A stretch of DNA of 32,000 nt from Crocosphaera subtropica ATCC 51142 (GTDB lineage Bacteria > Cyanobacteriota > Cyanobacteriia > Cyanobacteriales > Microcystaceae): assembly GCF_000017845.1 (NCBI RefSeq), contig NC_010546.1, positions 1,080,001 to 1,112,000 on the forward strand. Direction: 5' to 3'. The position numbers and the translations under genes were made by a program. The first letter of the stretch is position 1. The number at the start of each line of letters is the position of its first letter. This document shows positions 25,540 to 32,000 of this stretch, piece by piece. Under the pieces are notes generated by a model that saw only the letters and a list, made by a program, of their open reading frames with translations, made no database searches and was not told where the DNA came from.

Positions 25540-26280
25540 TTAAAGTGTAGGAAATTGAGTAATATCGGCTGCAGCAGAAAGCGTAATTTTATCAGCATCT
25601 ATATTAAGATGATTAATGCGTAAAGCAAGACCTTGTTTTTCAAAATGACTTAAATTAAGCATTTTTTTTGCTACTTCTAAAAAAGCTTCGGTTAAATCCT
25701 CTGATACTTCTTTTCCGACTGCGTAGTCAATATCCTTTAACATAATACTTCTACCCCCTTTAGCAATTTTCGGGGTGGTAGTAAAAGCAACTTCTTTTGT
25801 TTCTCCTGACGGTTGTAACTGGATCAGGGTTTCTACTGCTACGGTTCCGTTTTCATACAGTTTACATCTTTTTTCAGGAACAGTTACTTTTGTTTCTCCT
25901 CTGGATAAATAGGTATCTAACACATTAATCTTGTTTCTGAGATCACGGGAGTTAAAAGCGCGGTTGAGATCGGTTTGGGTTAAGGTTAAATGTGCAGTTC
26001 CTACGGTGGGTTGGGTTAGTTCAATATTACCAGTTAAAGCTTTGAGGGGATCGATCGCAATTTCTTTCATAGCGATTTCTAAACTTTCTACTCTTAAGTC
26101 TGTTTCAATGACCAATCCTTTTCCTTCGATTAAAAGAGATTCAACCTCACCATTGACGATTTTTTCTGGAGATGTTTTAATTGTGACATCTAAATGATCA
26201 CAATCTTTGAGTTGAGAAGATAACGCTAATTTAGCAATGGTGTTTAATGTCTGTTCTCCGAGGCTTTCTGTTCCTAACAT
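25540..26280 (-). CDS. DUF2993 / LmeA-like protein
   Basis: 246 aa. The repeated beta-rich pattern (LDVTIKTSPEKIVNGEVESLLIEGKGLVI...) resembles DUF2993 proteins. Confidence 0.6.
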   Translation of the reverse strand: MLGTESLGEQTLNTIAKLALSSQLKDCDHLDVTIKTSPEKIVNGEVESLLIEGKGLVIETDLRVESLEIAMKEIAIDPLKALTGNIELTQPTVGTAHLTLTQTDLNRAFNSRDLRNKINVLDTYLSRGETKVTVPEKRCKLYENGTVAVETLIQLQPSGETKEVAFTTTPKIAKGGRSIMLKDIDYAVGKEVSEDLTEAFLEVAKKMLNLSHFEKQGLALRINHLNIDADKITLSAAADITQFPTL

Positions 26281-27133
26281 ATTTATATTACTTTTGCTTA
26301 ACCCATAATTGTTAATCCTTTCTAGAGTACCTTAAAAAAGGATTAATTTTCCCTCTATCAGAGGAGAGAATTATTAAAATATAGAAATCTAAGCTATTAC
26401 TTGGAATAATAGCTTAGATAAGGTAAGTAAATTCCTTTGAAAGTCAGAAATGACCAATATTTTCTAAGGCTGTTCTCTCAATGCACACTTATGTATGAAC
26501 ATAGTGAGAAAGCATGAAAAAATAGTTGATATAACTGAGAAGGAAATGATAACTTCTTTTAAGGCTGAAATTGATCAAAAGTAGGTGAGGATGGGTTTTC
26601 ATGGTGGTTATATCTTTCGTCCAGAATGGTATTTATAATTAACAGCATGGATTCAGTTAAAGCGGGTATAGTCAGCACAAACTAGACAAATATAGACTTG
26701 CCTAAACTTATGGAGAGGGGTTATATTTAATAACTTCTCGAAAAGACTATTATTTCGCCGTTACGTCAGAAACTAACTTTCTCAGAAGATGAAAATTAGC
26801 TTTTTATTTAAAGTAACTAAATTATTTATCTGTTAGTTTTATTATAAAGGTTAAACTTAGATTCCGCAAGGGTTTATCTAATAATTCATAATAATCAAAA
26901 ACAATTGAAAATCGCTGTTAGAACATATTTATTATTCAAAAACTAGCAACGCACCTATAGGCGATCGCCCGTCGGTTAGTCAGTTGAATAATATTTTTTT
27001 TGTCAAGAGCAGTTAATAAAAGTTCAATATAATAGTCTTGGGTTAATTTGTTTTTTCTGTGGCCATGATTTTAATTTTAAATTTCTCCCTATTTAATAAA
27101 TCTGGAAAAAATTAATCACCCCTAATCATAATT

Positions 27134-28057
27134 TTAGGGACTTTGTAATAATAGAGGTAATTTATCCTCTCCCCCTCCAACAATAATCACTTTAGAATTT
27201 TCAGACTCAGCTAATTTTTGTGTTGCTTCTATTGCTTTTAGCTTAATTAATTGTTCAGTTAACCCTTGAGATAACAATTTTTGCGAGTCAGCAACCCCTT
27301 GCGCTTCAATTTTTTTACGAGTGGCTTCCTGTTGAGCTTTTTCTAATTCAAAAGCGATTTCTTGTCGTTCTTTTTCATTAATAAATTGTTGTTTTTGACT
27401 CGCTTGTTGAGCTTCTAATTTTTCTTCTATCGCTTTTTGAATCGTATCAGGTAAAATCACATTTCTCAGTAGGCTTTCATCCACAATAAATCCCAAAGGT
27501 TCTAAACTTTTATTGAGTTCATTTCTTAATTTTTCAGCCACCATCGCCCTTTTTTCTCCATAAATATCCCGTGCATCATAACTTGCCGTAATTTGACGAA
27601 TAATTGAGCGAAAGCGAGGAATTAATATATCGTCTTCTTGTGTGCCAATGGTTTTATAAACCGTAGAAACTTGTTGAGGATTAATCTTATATTGAAGACT
27701 TACATCTAATGTTAAATTTAAACCTTCTTTTGAAGTTGCATCAACCGTTTCTTTTATATCTTGTAAACGAGTGGAAAATTTTGTGACTTTTGCCAAAGGA
27801 CTAATCCAATGGATACCAGAATTTAACGGTTTATCCTGAACATTTCCAAAAATCTCTACCACTCCCACTTCTCCTGCTGGAAGAATCACTAAAAAGCGAA
27901 ATAGCATATTATAAACAGAAGATAAGACAGCCAAAAATCCGATTAATAAAGCAATTGTTTTTACTTTTTTTTGATGAACTTCTCCCCCCAAACTGGGATT
28001 TTGAAAGGCAATTAAAAAAGCAACTAAAGCCGTAATTAGAGAAAAAATAACAGACAT
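27134..28057 (-). CDS. SPFH/band 7 (prohibitin-like) membrane protein
   Basis: 307 aa with N-terminal TM helices, an SPFH core (PAGEVGVVEIFGNV...GLNLTLDVSLQYKI), and a coiled-coil tail. Confidence 0.85.
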   Translation of the reverse strand: MSVIFSLITALVAFLIAFQNPSLGGEVHQKKVKTIALLIGFLAVLSSVYNMLFRFLVILPAGEVGVVEIFGNVQDKPLNSGIHWISPLAKVTKFSTRLQDIKETVDATSKEGLNLTLDVSLQYKINPQQVSTVYKTIGTQEDDILIPRFRSIIRQITASYDARDIYGEKRAMVAEKLRNELNKSLEPLGFIVDESLLRNVILPDTIQKAIEEKLEAQQASQKQQFINEKERQEIAFELEKAQQEATRKKIEAQGVADSQKLLSQGLTEQLIKLKAIEATQKLAESENSKVIIVGGGEDKLPLLLQSP

Positions 28058-28137
28058 TTTAAGCTAAGTCATCAATTTCTATCATTGTCCCCAACTTAAG
28101 CTCATAAAAACCTTAAAATATGATTAAATATGTTCAA

Positions 28138-28271
28138 CCCCGCTCCCTTCTCCCTTCTCCCCTCTCCCTGCTTCGAGACTTGATACTATACTATCTAAAG
28201 CGGATCTCGTATGAGACTTCTTTTTGGTTGTCAGTTTTCCATAGATTCTCTTCCGTCGAACTCAGGTTTAC
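28138..28271 (-). repeat. Composite copy C: 60-nt core (28212..28271) + gatccgctttaga module (28194..28206) + 37-nt polypurine (minus strand) tract (28138..28174)
   Basis: The reverse complement of 28212..28271 matches 1591..1649. The reverse complement of 28194..28206 equals 11413..11425. The plus strand at 28138..28174 is pyrimidine apart from two G. The ORF 28120..28335 over this region is judged spurious. Confidence 0.75.
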
Positions 28272-28378
28272 AGTCTCAACTAAGGTTTTGCGCTTAAACG
28301 AGTTGTATTGGGGGAGGATGGGTTTGCAGCCATGATTTTAATGATGAGTCATTAAGCGGATTTCATATCACTAGGAAA

Positions 28379-29551
28379 TTAATTGTGTGTACTCTTTCTT
28401 ACGTCTTGCCAAAGACTAATATATTGTTCTTCAACTTGCTTCGATAAGGGTTGTAAAAATTCACATTGCTCGAAAATAGCGGGATCAATAAATAATAAAG
28501 GATTATTAATGACTTCGGAAGAAAGTTCTTTTTTATCTATCCTATCAATCATAGGGGAAGCAGCATCAGCAAATAAAGAAATAAGTTTTGCTGCTTGAGG
28601 TTGCCAACAAAAATTAAGCCATTGTTTAGCCGTTTCTGATAACTTATTTTGGCTTTCTTTTGCTTTGGGTTTCACCCAAACATCTGACCATATCGACGTA
28701 CCCGAAGTGGGAACCACTGCTTTAATATTACGGTTTTTAGTAACGAGAGGAATAATTTCATTTGACCATCCCACACTAACCCAAACATCCCCCACGACTA
28801 GGGGTTGTAAATAGTGATCAGAACTGTAATATTTGACTTGTTGATTTAAAGCTAACAGTTCTGTTTTTAACTGAGGAACTTGATCTAACTTTTCCGTATT
28901 GTAGGACTGTCCTAACTTTTTTAACGTTAACCCCATCACTTCTCTATATTGGTCTACTACAGAAATGCGATCGCTTAATCGTTGATCCCATAAATCGGAC
29001 CAGTCTTGGGGTTGCCAGTCTAGTTTATCAGAGCGATAAGCTATCAAGGTAGTTCCCCAACGATAAGGCGCACCCCAGATTAACCCATTGTCTTGTAACT
29101 GTCCTTGTTGATCCCGTTTGACTAATGTTTGCCAACGAGAAGGTAACTGATTCCAATTTTCAATCTGGGTTAAATTCAGGGGTTCAATTAACTCTTTTTT
29201 AATGGCATCAGCTAACCAAACATCCCCTAAAGTAACAAAATCACTCAGAGAAGGAGGGGGAGGGTTAATAACAGGAATTTTCGGTATCTCTTGCCACACA
29301 CCTGTCTCATTCTTATCTTTACCTTGCCAAGTTTCGAGGAGAGAAAATAACTCTTTTAATTGTCCTTGAGGTTTAAAATCAAGAGAGGGTTTTGAAGAGA
29401 GGTTTTGACGAAACGCCTTGAGTAATTGAGGCGGAATCGAGCCTTGCAACAATAAAACCCGTAAATCAACGTTAGAACTAGCACAGCTAGATAACAGATT
29501 CCCTAATGCTAAAATTCCTGCGGTAGTGAGAAAAGAACGACGGGTAAGCAT
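28379..29551 (-). CDS. Periplasmic/extracellular solute-binding protein, PotD (polyamine)-like
   Basis: 390 aa. There is a Tat/lipoprotein-like signal (MLTRRSFLTTAGILALGNLLSSCASS), and WGAPYRWGTTLIAYRSD is typical of PotD/PotF-type binding proteins. Confidence 0.7.
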   Translation of the reverse strand: MLTRRSFLTTAGILALGNLLSSCASSNVDLRVLLLQGSIPPQLLKAFRQNLSSKPSLDFKPQGQLKELFSLLETWQGKDKNETGVWQEIPKIPVINPPPPSLSDFVTLGDVWLADAIKKELIEPLNLTQIENWNQLPSRWQTLVKRDQQGQLQDNGLIWGAPYRWGTTLIAYRSDKLDWQPQDWSDLWDQRLSDRISVVDQYREVMGLTLKKLGQSYNTEKLDQVPQLKTELLALNQQVKYYSSDHYLQPLVVGDVWVSVGWSNEIIPLVTKNRNIKAVVPTSGTSIWSDVWVKPKAKESQNKLSETAKQWLNFCWQPQAAKLISLFADAASPMIDRIDKKELSSEVINNPLLFIDPAIFEQCEFLQPLSKQVEEQYISLWQDVRKSTHN

Positions 29552-29684
29552 AAACTTTACTGTATCGAGGGTTACGGTTAAACTTATCGATTAATTAAGA
29601 GTAGTGAAGTAATCGTTAAATGAATCAGGAATCTGTAACTATCTTTCTCAGGTAATTCTAGGATTAACAGTAGCACAGTTTTTA

Positions 29685-30092
29685 GTGATGGGCATTCTTA
29701 TGGATGGGTTACAACAACAAATTAATGAACTTAATCAAAAAGTTACGCAACTCCATCATATTGTAGAAAAGCTTAGCCTACAGATGGGGACATCTCACCT
29801 TCACAGTGAGGCCATGGTTAACGAAAAATCCCATAACCAATCCCCTTCTATAGCTAATGTTTCTGCTTCGGTTCCTCCGAATACACAGAAAAGCAGCCAT
29901 TATCAATCCGTGATGGAGCATAAAGATATTTTACTCGATGATAGTGCAAGTCACACTTTAATCGCCCCTGAAGAAGAACCTTTATTAACCACTGATCTTC
30001 AGGTCAGACGATTAACAGCACAACTAACGGCAGCTTATAACCGCATTGCTGCCTTAGAAGAACAATTATTAGCTTGTCGGATGATGCCTTGA
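29685..30092 (+). CDS. Hypothetical coiled-coil protein
   Basis: 135-aa ORF with heptad-like N- and C-terminal segments (LQQQINELNQKVTQLHHIVEKL; LTAQLTAAYNRIAALEEQLL). The start (GTG 29685 or ATG 29688/29700) is uncertain. Confidence 0.5.
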   Translation: MMGILMDGLQQQINELNQKVTQLHHIVEKLSLQMGTSHLHSEAMVNEKSHNQSPSIANVSASVPPNTQKSSHYQSVMEHKDILLDDSASHTLIAPEEEPLLTTDLQVRRLTAQLTAAYNRIAALEEQLLACRMMP

Positions 30093-30174
30093 AAGGGCAA
30101 ACAACCACGCACAAGGGGCGGAAAGTCCGTTACATGATCAGCCTCTGATAAATATTAAGGTTTTCTGTTAAGGG

Positions 30175-30846
30175 TTAATTATTGGGCGGAGTGGTTTGAG
30201 GAATAGGTGACCCGTTGGGTTGAGAAGGGAGTGCAGGATCAGTCGGATAATTATCTAGCCCGTTAGCAGGATTATTAGGCAGGGTTGAGGGAAAATTATT
30301 GGGATAACCGCCAGGTAGACCGTTTTGGGATGGTAAAGGACTTAGGGTCGGATCATTCCAAGTGTTGCTGGCTTCATTTTCCCCAGGTAACGTGGCTAAG
30401 GCAACGCGATCGCCCCCCACTTCTCGTAACATATCCAAAACTTCTATGACCTCGTTATAAGTGGCATTTCTAGAAGCATGAAGCACCATTAAACCTTCAG
30501 GATTCAATTGATGATAACTCTTAATTTGATTAAATAATTGATTATGAGTCACTAATTGTTTTTCGACATAGACTTGACCAAAATCATCCAAACTGACCAC
30601 CAACATCTCCCGCATTTGGGGAGTTCCTGATGCTGCTCTGGGTAAATCTAAACTGATAGCCTGTTGGCGAGATAAACCCACAGCACCGAGGATAAAAAAG
30701 GTCAAAATACAAAAGATCACATCGATCATGGGTAAAATTTCGATGCGGACTTCTTGGTTTGCTGAAGAATCTTGCCACAAATTGAGAGGACGGGAATGAA
30801 CAGAAGACTTATGGGATCTCTTCCGAGAGGTGTTACTAGCAGTCAT
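30175..30846 (-). CDS. exbD: ExbD/TolR family biopolymer transport protein with Pro-rich C-terminal extension
   Basis: There is a single TM (LPMIDVIFCILTFFIL), an ExbD core (SLDLPRA...VVSLD...VYV...), and a P/N/G-rich tail. Confidence 0.8.
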   Translation of the reverse strand: MTASNTSRKRSHKSSVHSRPLNLWQDSSANQEVRIEILPMIDVIFCILTFFILGAVGLSRQQAISLDLPRAASGTPQMREMLVVSLDDFGQVYVEKQLVTHNQLFNQIKSYHQLNPEGLMVLHASRNATYNEVIEVLDMLREVGGDRVALATLPGENEASNTWNDPTLSPLPSQNGLPGGYPNNFPSTLPNNPANGLDNYPTDPALPSQPNGSPIPQTTPPNN

Positions 30847-30880
30847 AGGTCAATATTTAAGAAAATGAGTATATTAGTGC

Positions 30881-31570
30881 TTATTGATCAAAAGTGTCTG
30901 TAAACTTTGAGGGAGTATTGCCAGAAAAAGCAGAGGGATTAACTTCGCTATCAGACCAGCGTTGACGATAAATTACTTCTAACTCACTACCGGCTTTACG
31001 AAAAATCCTTACCTGATTAGACCACAGGGACTGGAAAATCCGATAAAAGGTCAAACTAATAATGGCAACAATCAATCCTGTCGCAGTTGAAATAAGGGCT
31101 TCTCCAATACCCAGGGTAACACCTGTGGTTGAGGAAGTGCCGAGATCGCTAATTTGGATGTTGCCTAAAGAGGTAATCAGTCCCAATACCGTCCCCAGTA
31201 ATCCTAATAAGGGAGACAGAGCAATCACCGCTTCTAATACCTTATCCCCTCGTCTCATCAAGGCCAGTTCGTCATCGGCCGATGATTCTAGGGCTAAATG
31301 GAAAACCTCTGGATCGGGGTTATCTAATCTCAGAGGACCATAGAGAAAACTGCCCATAGGATGTTTACTATTCTCTTTAGCCACTTTCGGCGCAGCATCC
31401 CAATTGCGAGCAGCAGTTTCGAGGACTCGATTCAAGATTTTTCCTTCTTTGAGCAAAAATCGTATCCAAAATATAGAGCGTTCAATAATGGTACTTAAAG
31501 CTAATACTGACAAAATCAGAAGCGGCCACATAGCCACTCCGCCTTTTGTCATAATTTCTTGGATATTCAC
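30881..31570 (-). CDS. exbB: MotA/TolQ/ExbB proton-channel family protein
   Basis: 229 aa with three TM helices. The conserved [15 protein letters not shown]...[11 protein letters not shown] segment is present. The gene lies immediately upstream of exbD on the same strand. Confidence 0.85.
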   Translation of the reverse strand: MNIQEIMTKGGVAMWPLLILSVLALSTIIERSIFWIRFLLKEGKILNRVLETAARNWDAAPKVAKENSKHPMGSFLYGPLRLDNPDPEVFHLALESSADDELALMRRGDKVLEAVIALSPLLGLLGTVLGLITSLGNIQISDLGTSSTTGVTLGIGEALISTATGLIVAIISLTFYRIFQSLWSNQVRIFRKAGSELEVIYRQRWSDSEVNPSAFSGNTPSKFTDTFDQ

Positions 31571-31769
31571 AGTTTTGATTAACCTCCGTTGCTGATCCCC
31601 ATTGAGAAATACATTAACAGTTGTAATGATTTATTTACAATTTATTAGATTCATATTTAGCAATTAATTATATCCTCAAAGAAGGAGATATTGTTTATTC
31701 TCAAAGACACGACTCATAGAAATTATTACGCAGGTATTTATGCCAAGAGACATGGGACTTTTAACGGTA

Positions 31770-32000
31770 ACCACACTCAGAGATTACTCCGCCCTTCGGG
31801 TGCGCCAGTTGCGACCCTTAGGGAGATCCCAAGACCCTCTGGGTTCGGCAGTTGACGGCACTCACTACTCGGATACAAGCTCCGAGTCCGTGCCTCCTCT
31901 TGATGGGAACCACCAAGACCACACTGGACTCACCGCACTGGACTCACCGTACAACGATGGAACCTGATCTGGAGGACATGGGTGGCAAAATGGTTCGCCA
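31770..32000. other. GC-rich, stop-rich, highly self-complementary segment truncated by the window end (candidate structured RNA or mobile-element end)
   Basis: About 60% G+C by my count in 31801..31860, against an AT-rich background. There is a nested hairpin GGCAC-..-CTCGGA-tacaagc-TCCGAG-tcc-GTGCC (31857..31894), and an exact tandem 14-mer CACTGGACTCACCG x2 (31922..31949). All three minus frames hit a stop within this segment. The only long plus-strand ORF there (31740..31967) reads as low-complexity sequence. Confidence 0.4.

Noticed and set aside
31922-31949. CRISPR-like or minisatellite array
   Set aside because: There are only two directly abutting 14-nt copies with no spacers. No other direct-repeat/spacer periodicity occurs anywhere in the window, so no CRISPR array is called.
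31740-31967. 75-aa ORF in the GC-rich terminal segment
   Set aside because: The sequence is low-complexity and rich in S/T/P/D/L. It spans a tandem 14-nt repeat and stem-loops, and has no RBS. The region looks like structured RNA/DNA rather than coding sequence.
31959-31972. TPP (THI-box) riboswitch, because AACCTGATCTGGA matches the conserved ACCUGAUCUGGA core
   Set aside because: The partner elements (GGGGUGC, CUGAGA within about 15 nt upstream, and the CCAGCG closing strand) are not in the required positions. The nearest CTCAGAGA is about 185 nt upstream.

Overview
This is an AT-rich cyanobacterial chromosome segment. The HIP1 octamer GCGATCGC recurs at 84, 1294, 3339, 3966, 4823, 8826, 9519, 10305, 12813, 13396, 26961, 28966 and 30408, and there are Uma2/DUF820, DUF29, DUF3082 and cytochrome c6-like genes. 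Housekeeping genes include purD, ispH, a prolyl oligopeptidase, a cation-chloride/APC transporter, an SPFH protein, a PotD-like binding protein and exbB-exbD. Interleaved with them are visibly more AT-rich accessory modules. (1) A retron at 4986-6938: a retron-type reverse transcriptase fused to a TOPRIM-like domain, with an upstream msr/msd-like ncRNA bounded by 17-18 nt a1/a2 inverted repeats. A PIN toxin-antitoxin pair lies next to it. (2) A YeeA-like type IIG restriction-modification gene at 15243-19350, inactivated by a 162-bp MITE with a 9-bp target duplication and by a 1.2-kb IS element. The IS transposase is itself split by a GC-rich hairpin insert. A Panacea(DUF4065)/RelE-like TA pair follows. 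(3) The most unusual locus, at 11611-13700. Three tandem tRNA-shaped RNAs carry a conserved hairpin in place of the anticodon arm. That hairpin closely matches the Ro60-binding helix of Y RNAs, and the array sits directly upstream of a Ro60/Rsr (TROVE+vWA) gene. Compared with canonical Y RNA/YrlA topology (termini at the Ro-binding helix), these look circularly permuted, with termini at a tRNA acceptor stem and one copy encoding CCA. The window also holds several dispersed repeat families and a GC-rich, apparently non-coding structured segment cut off by the window end.
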